From Octopus sinensis (taxonomy: Eukaryota), in the NCBI RefSeq assembly GCF_006345805.1, contig NC_043003.1, forward strand, positions 109,802,001-109,866,000: a stretch of 64,000 nucleotides of DNA. The letters run 5' to 3'. Of the stretch, positions 12,930 to 27,006 are shown in pieces; position 1 is the first letter of the stretch; every line of letters begins with the position of its first letter. The notes beneath the pieces were generated by a model. That model saw only the letters and a list, made by a program, of their open reading frames with translations, was not told the DNA's origin and searched no databases. A program made the translations under genes and the position numbers.

Positions 12930-13830
12930 AATTGATGGAGCATGTCACCGAAGTATGCCATCAGGAGATTACCAAATTGCTCCAATCACAAGTTACACTT
13001 AGTGGAGTGTACATTAAAAAGTTAATGAGCTCGAACAAAATGCATGAGCCAATTCAAGAACGTAATTGCTCAAGTTTTGCCTCAGAAGTGGGCCGTAAGC
13101 ATCATAAAACAAATATCTTTGGAACTGAGGCAGTTTTCCGATAAGCACAAACATTTACGAGTGTGTCGTAAAAATCGTTATAATGTGGTAAAAATATGAT
13201 ACAACTGATGTTTCCTTTAAACAATTAAACAGCATTTTTATAGTAGTTGCAGTAAAACTGTGTAAGTGACCAGGTCGCCTTTGTGCGACGAAAATTTTGA
13301 CACCTGAAATGAATTTAAAGTCTTTGGTGTTATTAAATAACTCTTTCACGATGTAGTTTGAGTTTCAATACTGTCTCAGATTAAGTTTCTTGCATTAAAT
13401 TTGGGATAGATAGCGAAAGTAACTTTGATGGATTACATAATTCAGTGTCTTTGAGATTCAGGAACATGAACACAAATAAATATTACATCTGTTAAATGTA
13501 GAGGCTAGCGTTTAGCTTTATGCAGCCAAAAGGTGTTAACTTGCTTGGTTTCTAATTCAACTTGCTTGACATCAGAAACTGCAAATTGGCTTAGCCTTAG
13601 CGCCCTTCGTAGAAATTATTGCAAGATAATTTATTCAGTAATGATTGATGGAAATACATGCTACTAAACATTGTCAGCGCAGGCACACTCGCGAAACGCA
13701 TAAAGATAATCCTGCAGCGATGGGAGGATCTGAAAGCGTACTTTGTGTCAATTATTGAAAAGGAAAATAATTATATGGAACGTGTTCTAGATGATATGCT
13801 TCAAGATGATTAAATTGTATTTTCCTTTTC
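12930..13830 (+). mobile_element. Decayed hAT-superfamily transposase
   Basis: Interrupted frames read YDTTDVSFKQL (DE(S/T)TD-like), GIDSESNFDGLHNSV (xTDGAxNMxG-like) and AKRIKIILQRWEDLKAYF. Confidence 0.65.
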
Positions 13831-14599
13831 CTTGTTGAATATAATCTTTGTTGAATATATTTTTCGTCTGTAAATGCATGTTTTCAAGCTTCCAATTTCA
13901 ACCGTAGTAAAGTATTTGAAAACCTAGAAGAGTTTTGAAACTTTGCACTATAAAAACAAAGTCGAAAGTAGAAAAAAAAAGCATCCCTCTCAAAAAGAAA
14001 CCATATTTTATTAAAGAAAAGATTCCTTAGATCTTTTCTGCGGTGCCAAAATCAGAGAAATGCATCGATATTACTCGGGGGTAAATTAAAGAGAGGGAAA
14101 GAGAGAGAAAGTGAGGGAGGGGGAGGAAAAGAGAGTAATCAAAGGACACTACCTTGGAAATTTGATGGGAAATATAAAAGAGATCGATGATAGAAATGAA
14201 AATGGATATGGATCTATGAACATGAAATGTGTAAAATATTCTTTAGAAGTATTACGGATCATCTGGAAAAAACAAAACACCCGGGAAAAAAATTAAAGAA
14301 ATGTCGTAAGATCTTGAGAGAGAAATTAAAATCTCTTGTGGATGTGGATGCATAACTACCAAGAGAAAGGGTGCGCGGGGGCATAACATCTGTTACTAAA
14401 CTTGGTGGAACAGACTGACAATGAGGATTCGCCAAAAGAAGCGAAATTACTGATTGATAATATTATTGTTTTAATATTGTTAAGAAGTTGGTTGAAAATT
14501 TTGATATCTTATGAAAATATCCTCGTATCTTTGAAAGGGAATTAGAAATAAAAAGGAATTCTTAATATCATTTAAGGGTGATTTTGAAACAGAATTTTG

Positions 14600-14900
14600 A
14601 AGCAGCATTTACCACCAGGATATAAGACAAACTATGAAGCCTTTAGAATTGCTTAATTTATTAACTAACTACAAAATGTTATAAGATATTTCCTGGTGTT
14701 TGTGTTAGTTTAAGAATATTGTTAATAATTCTGGATATAGTGGCACGAGAAGAAAGGTCATTTATAAAATCCATACAGATAAAAAAAAGAGAAAAACATA
14801 CTGAAGGCGTAGCAAGTCTGAAGCAGAACTTGATCATTTGGCAAAACTGAATATTATTAGGGAGGACATTGATTCTAATAGAGTTAGATGAAAACTCAGG
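14600..14900 (+). mobile_element. hAT C-terminal dimerisation domain remnant
   Basis: DIFPGVCVSLRILLIILDIVAREERSFIK resembles FPNxxxALRILLTIPVTVASAERSFS. Confidence 0.65.
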
Positions 14901-15504
14901 CAAGTTTATTAACTTAGTGTTCCTTTGTATAACGTAAATTTTTATTCAGGCATTTTGGCCCAGAGAAAATAAAGGATCAGTGGAAGTTGGCTCGGAATCA
15001 TTCTCTTTTTAATCGTACGTTCATAATCAAACACCAAAAGCCAGCAATGTTCATATTTCGTCTTAACTTTATTTTATCAAAAGAAAGAAAAACTAGAACA
15101 TTAACAAATTCATATTGTGCAACACTTAAATGAAGATTTAATGTCCATTTGAGCCTTAAAACATTATTTTTGAGATGTGCGTCCTCCAAGTGAACCCGAA
15201 AGATGTCTCGTTCTCTCTTGCATTATTTTTGTCGAAGGCTCAATATAAGACTGAAAATTGATAATTCAGACAAATATTGAAAAGTAAAGAAAAATATAGC
15301 CACACTGATGATGTCATTGGTGGTAATAATGATAGTTTCGGCCAGATAAATGTATTCATGTAGACAAAGACCGTGTGGTGGTCGAGATCGTCGTAGTATT
15401 GAAAATCATAATGATGGTGATGATATAAAGAGAACATTGCTTTTACGCGTGAGGAGAAGGATCTCACGCATGATAGGTTTAGACTGATGACATTAATGGT
15501 CTTC

Positions 15505-15725
15505 AAGGCGGCGAGCTGGCAGAACCGTTAGCACACCGAGCGAAATGCGTTGCCGTATTTCGTCTGCCGTTACGTTCTGAGTTCAAATTCCGCTGAGGTC
15601 GACTTTACCTTTCATTCTTTCAGGGTCGATAAATTAAGTACCAGTTACGCACTGGGGTCGATGTAATCGACTTAATCTGTTTGTTCCCTCTATGTTTAGC
15701 CCCTTGTGGGTAATAAAGAAACAGA
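15505..15725 (+). mobile_element. tRNA-derived SINE family 3
   Basis: aaggcggcgagctggcagaa head, GAGTTCAAATTC B-box and conserved gtcgactttgcctttcatcctttcggggtcgataaa central domain. Confidence 0.85.
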
Positions 15726-16229
15726 TATTAATGGTCCTCTTGAACCATTGCAGATTAATATATATGAGATGGATGAATATGCAGGAAATGAGCTCCAGAA
15801 GGAGGACGTTCTGTGAAGGAAGGACTGGGCATAATGATCAATGTGCGGCCTCGGAAAAGATTGGACATAACAAACATGACGGAAAGATGAGAGACGAGTG
15901 GGACGGATATACCCGAGTGGAGCCGGAATGAACCGAGTTAACTCTGAAGAGAAAAGACTAGTTTGGCAGCAGTAGAAAAGGGACATAGAAGCATCAGCGC
16001 GTCTGTGGACCAGATGCAGAAGGATGTGATCTATTATGAACGTGCATGCAGCAACAGCTTCACCACCATCACCACTACTACCATCAGCACCAGCAGCAGC
16101 ACCATCACCACCATCACCACTACTACCATCAGCACCATGTTCGTGGCTTGTAAGACCAAGTATTGCGAGGCTCTAGTTATATTTTACTCACGATTAAAGA
16201 AGTATAGAGACTGTGATATTTATTTTCCT

Positions 16230-16520
16230 GAGTAGCGTTTGTGTTTTCTTACTGCTGGACAAAAAGTTAAGCTTCAAGATTGGCAAATCCATATTTGAAG
16301 AAGCGTTTGGAGTCCCTGGAATCACTGTGCATAAAATCAGTACGAGTCTGGCGTTTGGTGTCGAAGTTGCGAGTGGAGCGGATGATACCGAGTTAGACAA
16401 GGCTAGGTAAAACTGAAGTGTAGTATGGCCTACGTAAATGTGGGTGTTGCCGGAAATGGTAGCAAGTAAGTCATTAGCGAAAAGAAGCACGAGAATAGTT
16501 AGAGGCAGTGGTGCTATTAG
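16230..16520 (-). mobile_element. CR1/Jockey-like LINE RT remnant
   Basis: LLFANDLLATISGNTHIYVGHTTLQ resembles LLFINDLL...IHSYADDSTL. Downstream LKLNFLSSSKKTQ resembles FNASKTQ. Confidence 0.55.
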
Positions 16521-16959
16521 GATCGTTGGTCGCTGTGTTTGTCATAGTATTTGTTCGTCATCATCATCGCCATCACCACGACCTCTGTGAACACCACCGC
16601 CAACAATACCTCAACCTCTACCACAAACAACAACAAAATCAACCATCATCGTCATGTTAATGAAACTGTGAAGTCGGAAGTTGTTGGAAACAGCAATTTA
16701 TATCAGGTGGGTGATGGTGGTGGTGGTGGTGGTGTTTTAGTGATAGTAATAGTAGCAGTGTTGATTGTATTAGCAATGCAGCGTAACAGTTGTTTGTGAG
16801 AAAATTACTCGCTCCTAGCAGCAGTTGTGATAGGGCAAATCATCATTACCATCATCATTATCATCGTCATCGCGATCATCATCATGATCATCATCATCAT
16901 TATCAATATCATCATTAACCCCGACGGCGTCATTTCGTGCTGTTATTATTAACATAATA

Positions 16960-17058
16960 ATAAAATAATAATGATAATAATAATAATAAAATAATAATGA
17001 TAATAATAATAATAAAATAATAATAATAATAATGTAATAATAATAATAATAATAACAA

Positions 17059-17116
<58 letters not shown>
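16960..17116. repeat. (AAT)n/(ATT)n microsatellites
   Basis: Direct observation. Confidence 0.95.
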
Positions 17117-17121
<5 letters not shown>

Positions 17122-17579
17122 TACTATTGTTATTGCCATTTTCATTATTACCACTAGCACCACCGTCATCCCCGTCACTACCATCATCACCATCATCATA
17201 ATAATCATCATTATATTATAATTTGTACTTTGTTAGTGGTGTTGGTGTTGGTTGACGTGTATTGTTGTTGCTGCCGGTGGTTCTGATGTTGGTGTTGGAA
17301 CGTGTTTATGGGGAAATGATTGTTGCGCAGACAATGGTGTTTAAGCGACGACCTTAGTCTATGCACACACACACGCACACACGCACACACACACACACAC
17401 ATGCACACACACACATACGCGCACACATACTCTCGTACACACATCCACACACATATAGATGCATATACACACAGTTAAACCTATTCTTAAACCTCTCTCG
17501 AACCTTCTTTATATTGCTGCAGGCGGAATCCAATAAGTGCTTCTTGCTGCTGCTCACACTCACAAAATTAACGATGGTT

Positions 17580-17599
17580 TGTTATTATTATTGTTATCA

Positions 17600-17658
<59 letters not shown>

Positions 17659-17866
17659 GTTGTTGTTGTTGTTATTATTATTACCATCAGCATAATCACC
17701 ACCACCATTATGATCATCGTTGTTATTGTTGTTTGTTACTACTATCATTATGTGAAGGTGAATTGGTAATATGAAATTCAACCTTGCTTGATTGTTGTTC
17801 ATGAACGTCGTCGTCGTCATCCTCCTCCTCCTCCTCCTCCTCCTCATCATCATCATCGTCATCACC

Positions 17867-17936
<70 letters not shown>
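17580..17936. repeat. (ATT)n, (CCT)n and (CAT)n microsatellite cluster
   Basis: Direct observation; explains the poly-N, poly-H and poly-D ORFs. Confidence 0.95.
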
Positions 17937-17937
<1 letters not shown>

Positions 17938-18260
17938 CTTCGACATTACCTTCAACGACATCTTGTGCAAGAACAGCCATAGAACATCTCCCAAGAGACG
18001 ATAACAACGAGATGGTTAACAAGGAGAAGTTATATCGGTGGTAACAAAGAAAAAAAAAGAAAAAAAACATTAAGAGTTGCTGTTGTAGCAACTACATCAA
18101 CAATTGCACAACAAAACTCTAGATCACCGACGGAATTGCTAGAAATAGCAGGCAAATGACCTTAAATTACATCTTCTAAACGAACATCTCGCTTCCCTTT
18201 GGCTCTAATTCTCTCCTATACTTCTCCCTTCACACTTACTCTTCATAAACTTCATCCTAT

Positions 18261-18478
18261 TTCTTTTCTGCCCACAAGGGGCTAAACACAGAAGGGACAA
18301 ACAAGGACAGACAAACGGTTTAAGTCGATTATATCGACCCCAGTGCGTAACTGGTACTTATTTAATCGACCCCGAAAGGATGAAAGGCAAAGTCGACCTC
18401 GGCGGAATTTGAAGTCAGAACGTAGCGGTAGAGAAAATACCGCTGAGCATTTCGCCCGGCATGCTAACGATTCTGCCA
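18261..18478 (-). mobile_element. SINE family 3
   Basis: Reverse complement of the 15505 element. Confidence 0.85.
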
Positions 18479-18786
18479 TACACCTCACGGCCTTCACTAA
18501 CATTACCGATATTAATCCTCCAGTTGATGACCACGGCTTAGGAATTCTAGAACAGTAATCTGCTGTCCTGTTGTTCATGCTTCCAACTTCCAGGACTACC
18601 CGAGACAGTCTTTAAAAGCGAACGATGAAATGGACCAAGTAGATTTAAATTTGGAAAGACCAAATGGTCAAGGTTGAAAATGTCAATAGCAATAAATCAA
18701 TAGGTTGTAGGAAATAATAATATTGTGTTAGCTTATACAACTGGGTGCTGAGAGTAACTCCTTTCGTGGAACTGAAACTAGCAACT

Positions 18787-18953
18787 AGGCGCAGGAGTGG
18801 CTGTGTGGTAAGTAGCTTTCTTACTAACAACTACATGATCCCGAGTTCAGTCCTACTGCGTGGCACCTTGGGCAAGAGTCTTCTACTATAACCATGGGTC
18901 TACCAATGCCTTGTGAGCGGATTTGGTAGGCGGAAGCTGAAAGAAGCCCGTCG
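18787..18953 (+). mobile_element. SINE family 1, 5' half
   Basis: Head and CORE-like segment ending at gaagcccgtcg(TA)n. Confidence 0.8.
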
Positions 18954-19055
18954 TATATATGTATATATATAGTTGGAATTTACTGAAAAACGAAGGACGA
19001 AGACAGGTGTATGAACAACAAGAAGGTGTATTAGTTTGATGCTCAGAAAAGTGAG

Positions 19056-19569
19056 AAAGTCGACTTTGGCAGAATTTGAACTCAAAATATAACACCAGAC
19101 GAAATACCGCTAAGCATTTCGCCCGGCGTGCTAACGTTTCTGCCAGCTCACCGCCTTTTTAAAGAAAATCTTTTCTACTCTAGGCACGCGGCCCGAAATC
19201 TTTGAGGAGGTGGGGGCAGTCGATTAGATCGACCCCAGTACGCAACTGGTACTTATTTTATCGATCCTGAAAGGATGAAAGGCAAAGTCGACTTCGGCGG
19301 AATTTGAACTCAGAATGTAAAGACAGACGAAATATCTATTTCTTTACTACCCACAAGGGGCTAAACACAGAAGGAACAAACAAGGACAGACAAACGGATT
19401 AAGTCGATTATATCGACGCCAGTGCGTAACTGGTACTTATTTAATCGACCCCGAAAGGATGAAAGGCAAATTCGACCTCGGCAGAATTTGAACTCAGAAC
19501 GTAGCGGCAGACAAAATACCGCTAAGCATTTCGCTCGGCGTGCTAACGTTTCTGCCAGCTTGCCGCCTT
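19056..19569 (-). mobile_element. Cluster of three tandem/nested SINE family 3 copies
   Basis: Three occurrences of the central domain and head, with two alternative tails. Confidence 0.85.
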
Positions 19570-20739
19570 CATTCACTAACAAATTCACAACCGAAGATAG
19601 TTGAAGTTAGTCGTACTTGTAAATGGACGTCTCTTTTTCTCCACTTTCGTTATCCCTCCCTCATACACCACCCCCTCATTACAAATTTCACCCACCTCTC
19701 CACTGGCGGGGACAACTTTGTGCCCCTTCCTTCAAGAAATGGAAGAATGTTAGGCATGATGGTGACTATCCCTTCTCATCTAACATTCTAAGATGATTGC
19801 TTTAGCAAACCAAAGAGCGTGATGGATGAAACAGTGATAGGCATTCAAGTTGCATTGGTTAAAATGTTTCATTCCATAATCCGGTATTTTTTCATTTTTG
19901 TAAACGGTTGAATCGGTTCAATGGCGTTAATCGTTTTAAAAGTGTTAACCATGTTAATAATGCTGCTCGTTTTAAGTGAGTCAATCATCATGATATCAGT
20001 TTCTTTTATGGACGACAATGGTTCTGTATTTTCGTACAATGCCTCTCAAAGCGAATGAATTCTTCCCTTCATCATCAGCAATTTTGGAAAATCATATGCA
20101 GCGGACTGGGGACAAAAGGGACAAGAAAGGAAGTGATATGTGGATCTTTTAATTGCATTAACTTTCAAACTTATTTTAAATTTTTATTCTGTATGCGAAA
20201 TATGTAGGAATATAAAAGAGGAAAATATTTTCATGTTCTATATCACACTAATAAAATGAATGAACTACGTGGAAATAATCTTTTGATGGTGATTAAACTA
20301 TTGTCAGAAAATTCTGGTGCATTTAGCGAATTATATGAAGAGTGTTACTGAAAGAAAGAAGTGATGATAGTTAAGAAAGTTTAAATATTATTCTATGGGG
20401 GAAAAAAGGATCACCCGGAAGAACAGTTGATGAATTGTGAGAGTCGTGAGAGCAACAAAGAAATGCATTGCGTTTACACTTATGACCTTTTATGGTTTTA
20501 ATTTTTCCCTTTTCACTTCTGTGTCGAAAAAAAAGAAATTACGTCCTGGGAGACATTTATATACCTATAATTCTAGATGTAAATGGAATAAAGAAGATGA
20601 TGATGATGATAACAATAACAACAGCAACAACAATAATAATAATAGTAATGAGGAATTCATTTATTAATAACGATTTCAACAACAATAATGATAATGAACA
20701 AAACAAGAAGATAACGACGACGACGAAGACGACGACGAC

Positions 20740-20775
<36 letters not shown>

Positions 20776-20889
20776 GACAAGGTCAAGGGGGAGAAGAAAA
20801 GGAAATAGTAGTAGTAGAAAAATAATGTGAAGGAGGCGAGGTAGAATAAGTTCTAGTAGTAGTAGTAGTAGTTGTAGTAGTAGTTAGTA

Positions 20890-21063
20890 GTGGTAGAAGA
20901 AGAAGAGGAAGAAGAAGGAGGAGGAGAAGAAGAAGAAGGAGAAGAAGGAGAAGAAGAAGACGAAGAAGAAGAAGGAGAAGAAGGAGAAGAAGAAGAAGAA
21001 GAAGAAGAAGAAGAAGAAGAAGAAGAAGAAGAAGAAGAAGAAGAAGAAGAAGAAGAAGAAGAA
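20890..21063. repeat. (GAA/GGA)n microsatellite
   Basis: Direct observation. Confidence 0.95.
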
Positions 21064-21489
21064 AGCGCTATGACGTTCAAGCATTTCCCATGGAAACGAA
21101 GAGAGATATTTACAGCATACATGCCTCTAACTTCATTAAAGCGATTTTCTCTCGTCTTCTGAAGCTCTTTCAACAAATATAACTTTGCATGTATTAAGTC
21201 CATCGAATAATCGATCATCTGGAATCTCTCCATACGCATCCCTTTTATTATTTGTCTTCAATTAGCACATTTAAATATCTGAAATGAACTGGCGTTTCTG
21301 TATATTTACTCTTCCCACCTCTAAATCTTTCCAAAGTTGACATAGCTTCACAACTAGCGAGAAAGAGACGCCGGTATCTTAGTTTACGTCAATATCCAAA
21401 CTGCACAAGCAGTTTGGATTGAAACTTTGTTAAAAGTATGAAAGCAATGATAACAATGTTTTCAATATCAACAGTATAATATTACTCAA

Positions 21490-21935
21490 TCAGATTGAAC
21501 TTCACTCAATTTAAACCCTTCGTTCCCTATGGAATGTAGGCCGTCGCCTGTTCTCAAGTCCCGGTTGTCTCCTGGTAGTCAGAAAGGAATTTTATCTTGC
21601 AGGATTCTTTCGGATGTTGGTGTACCGTGTAAGGCCTTAGTTTCACAGACCTTGTTGATTTTTAACTGTCCTCGACGCTTTGTAACTTGGCATTTTTCTA
21701 GGGAGGGGTGTTGCTCTTACGCAAACCCATTTTCAAGTCCGAGAGGATGTGGTCCATATTAGTCTGGCCTTTATTCTTTTATCCGTCCAGTATGGGATGG
21801 AAGAACCTATCAGAAGCTTGCTCTCCGTTGGCGTAGATGTGAGGGTCGTTGAATCACAAACCATACAACAAAAAGGAGTAGAATTGCGTTGATAATCTGA
21901 TACAAAAAGCAACCAAATCTTGAAACGACACATTC
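21490..21935 (-). mobile_element. Degraded RTE-like LINE 3' coding remnant
   Basis: Broken frames FLLYG...TLTST...KLLIG and KSTRSVKLRPYTVHQHP resemble RTE LLYGxETWTLT and RRLRLAGHCxRH. Confidence 0.5.
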
Positions 21936-21946
21936 CATCTCGAAAA

Positions 21947-21994
<48 letters not shown>

Positions 21995-22453
21995 TATATA
22001 TAATATATATATATATGTATATATGTATATATATATATATATTATATATATATATGTATATATGTATATATATATATATATATAATATATATACAACTTT
22101 CAAGATGGTATAATTTGGTTGTTCATTTTGAACCGATAAAAAGGTTTTTTCAAATATTTATGTATAAGTCTGTGTGTGTGTATATATATGTGTTGGTATA
22201 AATATCAACACACAAAAATATTTTTTCTTCTCCACTTCCTCCCTTATTTTTATTTTATTTTATTTTTATTTTTTTATTTTTTATTCTTTATATTTTTATT
22301 TATTCTTTATATTTTTTTATTTTATTTTTTTATTTTTTATTTTTTTTTTTTTTTTTATTTTTATTTTTTTATTTTTTTATTTTTTATTTTTATTATTATT
22401 ATTTTTATTTTCCCTTTTCTCTTTTTGTCTCTCTCCCCTTCTCCAAACACACA

Positions 22454-22494
<41 letters not shown>

Positions 22495-22721
22495 AAAAAC
22501 ACACACAGACACACAGAGACACACACACACACACACCTCCACAGAATGATCATAGAAAGTGTGACCCCAAATGACATTTGCCAGGCCAACCTATGCACAA
22601 CACACACTCAGTGACATTGAAATGGACAGCCAAAGTTCTTATAAAACCACAGGGGGTCCAGCAGACCAACGGAAATAACACTTCTTCACTCTCAGATATA
22701 AATGCGCACACACACACACAC

Positions 22722-22759
<38 letters not shown>

Positions 22760-22999
22760 ACATATTTTCTCTCTGCCTCACTTCCTCCTCAACCACTACT
22801 ACGAAACTATAAAAAGGTTCAAACTACCCACAACTGATTTGATTTGAAAACCCACTAGAATGGGAGCAAGCGCTAATCCGAATGATATGATATATATGTA
22901 AAAAATGTAATATATAAATAAATATCTACAATATGAACCATCTGATCTGATACCTCAATTTTTCTAATATATAATACCTGTACATCATCTCCAAACCTT

Positions 23000-23030
<31 letters not shown>

Positions 23031-23092
23031 TATATACATATATATACATATATACATATATATATACATATATATACATATATACATATATA

Positions 23093-23144
<52 letters not shown>

Positions 23145-23175
23145 TATATATTATATATATATATATATATATACT

Positions 23176-23561
23176 GTGGAGGCGCTATGGCCCAGTGGTT
23201 AGGGCAGCGGACTCGCAGTCGGAGGATCGCGGTTTCGATTCCCAGACCGGGCATTGTGAGTGTTTATTGAGCGAAAACACCTAAAGCTCCACGAGGCTCC
23301 GGCATGGGGTGGTGGTGAACCCTGCTGTACTCTTTCACCACAACTTTCTCTCACTCTTACTTCCTGTTTCTGTTGTACCTGTATTTCAAAGGGCCGGCCT
23401 TGTCACTCTCTGTAACACGCTGAATATCCCCGAGAACTACGTTAAGGGTACACGTGTCTGTGGAGTGCTCAGCCACTTACACGTTAATTTCAGGAGCAGG
23501 CTGTTCCGTTGATTCGGATCAATCGGAACCCTCGTCGTCGTAACCGACGGAGTGCTTCCAT
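23176..23561 (+). mobile_element. SINE family 2, full length
   Basis: Collinear with 10426-10810. Confidence 0.9.
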
Positions 23562-23624
23562 TCCATATATATACACATATGTATATACACATATATATAC
23601 ATATATATATACACACACACACAC

Positions 23625-23662
<38 letters not shown>

Positions 23663-23666
23663 TCAT

Positions 23667-23700
<34 letters not shown>

Positions 23701-24807
23701 GCATGCATGTATGTATGTATTTATGTATGTATGCCTAGACTAACGAAGCTGGAACTCCGATGTCTTTTGCCAACTTTTGAAAATGTTTAACAAACAAGTA
23801 CTGTACTCAAAGATATTTAGTAACCCTTAGTTTAATGTCAGATTGTTTTATATATAACTTGATATAAAACAAACATTTATGTATGTGTGTGTGCATACGC
23901 TTATGCACACGCGTAGATTCATTTTTATATTTATTTTGCAAGTGTTTTGATCTGGAACTATCTGTTCTCACCAATGTTGTTATTAGGAGGAAGAGTTAGA
24001 TTCTTTATATAAACACACACACACAGACATACATACACACACACACACACACCAGTTATTATCTCATGCTTTTGGTTAAATTTCAAAAGAAATCTTTCGT
24101 CATACTATTCCAATATTTAGAAACACAAGAAATAACTATGGAAAAGATCCAACATTATGGTAAATTCCAACCATCAAAACATGAAGGCGACCATTAAGTA
24201 TTCATTGAAACATTTCAACGCAAAAACAAAAAATTGTACTTCAAGGTTTGGAAAGTGGAAAGAAACTGTAGATGGTAAAAAAGAATACCATTCATATTAT
24301 ATGAAACCTACGGTCACTAAGTACCTATGCATCTTGAACGCTGCCATGCTAAAAAAAAGAGCGAAAATGATATTCTTGATAGTAGACAGAGTAAGGATCA
24401 GGAGAAATGTGAAGTTTAAGTATTCATCCTGTGAACTGAGAAAATGTGTATCAAATTTCATCAATCGGAACCAATTCTCCAGATACAGCCAACGAGATCG
24501 AATATAAGTGCGCAGAGTTACAAGACAAAAGTTTGAGATGATGATTTATAATAATGAAAATTGATTGGAGCAAATTTTAGAACAGACTGAAGGTAAAAAA
24601 AAAAATGTATACTAGAAAAGTTTCTGGTATGACAATTAATTCAAAGCTATGATGATCGTCGATGCAACATCCGAAGGGTGAAGTAGCTCAATAAGTTTAG
24701 GAAAGTACCATGTTGACGACAATACGGGAACAAGCAGCTTCAGTAATATAACTACTACTACTACTACTACCACCACCACCACAACCACCACCACCACCAC
24801 CACCACC

Positions 24808-24842
<35 letters not shown>

Positions 24843-25077
24843 AACCACCACCACCAAAATTAGCTCACGCGTCTTCGCATCAGTGAAAGAGAGTCGAGTT
24901 AATAGTTCCACAGACTTGTATTGATATGTATCTTAATGACCCCAGTGAAAAGAAAAGTAAGGATTTGAACTCAAAATGTAAAACAACAGAAGCCAATATT
25001 GCTCGATATTTGTTCCTAAACTTCGTAATTTCCGTTGCTACAGCATCCTCGAATTACAGTTTTATATAGCAATACGT

Positions 25078-25930
25078 AAGGCGGCGAGCTGGCAGAAACG
25101 TTAGCACGCCGGGTGAAATGCTTAGCAGTATTTCGTCTGCTGTTACGTTCTGAGTTCAAATTCCGCCGAGGTCGACTTTGCCTTTCATCCTTTCGGGGTC
25201 GATTAAATAAGTACCAGTTACGCACTGGGGTCGATATAATTGACTTAATCTGTTTGTCTGTCCTTGCTTGTCCTCTCTGTGTTTAGCCCCTTGTGGGTAG
25301 TAAAGAAATAGGTATTTCGCCTGTCGTTGCGTTCAATTCCGTCGAGGTCGACTTTGCCTTTCATCCTATCGGGATCGATAAATTAAATGCTAGTGAAACA
25401 CGGGGGTCGATGAAATCAACTAGTCTCCCCCCGCCCCATTTTTCAGGCCTTGTGTCTGTAGTAGAAATGATTATATAATGATACGATATTCGTTTCAAAT
25501 TTTGGCACAAGGTCAGCATGTTCGGGAGAGATGTGAAGTCGATTACATCGACACTAGTGTTCAACGGGTATTTATTTTGTCGACCCCGAAAGGATGAAAG
25601 GCAAAATCAACCTCGGCAGGATTTGAACTCAGAACATAAAGACGGACGAAATGTCATTAAACATTTTGCCCAGCCTGCTCAAGATTCTGGCAGTTCACAG
25701 CTCTATATATAGTGTTGTAATATTCTTTTCTATTCTAAGCATAAGGCTCGAAATTTTTGGGGAGGGTGCCAGTCAATTAGATAGACCCCAGTATGCAACT
25801 GGTTCTTGATTTATCGATCCCGAAAGGATGAAAGGAAAAGTCGACCTCGGTGGAATTTGAACTGAGTACGTACAGACAGACGAAATACCGTTAAGCATTT
25901 CGTCCGGCGTCCTAACATTTCTGCCGCCTT
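25078..25930. mobile_element. Cluster of four SINE family 3 copies (two +, two -)
   Basis: + copies at 25078-25316 and ~25335-25450; - copies at ~25565-25700 and ~25725-25930. Confidence 0.8.
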
Positions 25931-26415
25931 ATAGAAATATAATTTTAAATACAGCTGTACTGTTGGAGAGGCCAGCAATAAGAGATTTTTTTTTGTGGCT
26001 GTTGGAACTCCTAAATATAGGAGCAAAATTCTCCCAATATGAAGCACATCATGTTTTAAAAAGAAGAAAGTTTGGTTGCATTTGAAAATATGGTTCGTGA
26101 CACAGTGTATGAATAAATCGATTCGTGATACATTGAATGACAGGATGGTCATAGACAGAACACAGCTGGTCCATAGGCATCCTGGAAAATGAATGACGCG
26201 CGATGCTTAACAAAGATAGGTACTTTAAGAAGGGCAATTAATCAGTTGCGAGCACGTGTACACGTTATAAAACGAAAGCACCGTATTGCATGACATATTT
26301 TAAAATAAAATTGCAAAGAGAGCGCTATAAAAATAAGACAATGTCAAGAACTCGACATCTTCCATAATAAAGTAGTAATAATAAAAAAATATAAAAATAA
26401 TAATAATAATGATGA

Positions 26416-26947
26416 TGTTGCAGTATCAGGCAGTGGCTCTCATAGCTTTTGATTTTAGCTGATTGGAAGTGTTATGCAAATTGTTTTGTCTTGGTATAAA
26501 AGATGGGCTACAGCAAATATTCTGCTCCATACCATAGATTTGCTTGTCAAATGTTTGACCTAAAGCAATTGAGCCTGTCCCTTAGTGGCTGACTATATGT
26601 GAACTTCTCAAGGCGAGCACAACTAGCCATGTGTTGAAAGGAATTCTTTGGGGTTTGGATAATGGATAATTCACCTCTGGAAACATGGGTTTGTCGTGCA
26701 ACATCTTTAAGCAACCCATATTCAGAGATCTCTCCAGTGAGATGCGCAACTCGATCTGAATAAAATTCTAGCAGCAAGGTCATGCGCTGTTTATCCTCAT
26801 ATGAGATCACTACGTCGTGCACATATGGTTGTGATGCATGTGCCTGGTGTACTCTTATCAGACGGGTAGTCATGATGGATATATTAGGCTTCGTATATTT
26901 GTACCCCAGTGTCACTTTGATGCATTGCGCTGCTCTCTCACTTAGTG
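26416..26947 (+). mobile_element. Element A, copy 2
   Basis: Collinear with 6064-6611 and flanked by (AAT)n on both sides. Confidence 0.8.
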
Positions 26948-26958
26948 ATAATAATAAT

Positions 26959-26991
<33 letters not shown>

Positions 26992-27006
26992 AATAATGGT
27001 AATAAT

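Noticed and set aside
20853-21239. Minus-strand ORF with a 60-aa non-repetitive N-terminus
   Set aside because: No recognisable domain or splice signals, and it runs into poly-S from (TTC)n.
24157-24507. 116-aa ORF or possible BED-finger remnant
   Set aside because: Cys/His ligands are split across frames and too degenerate to support a call.
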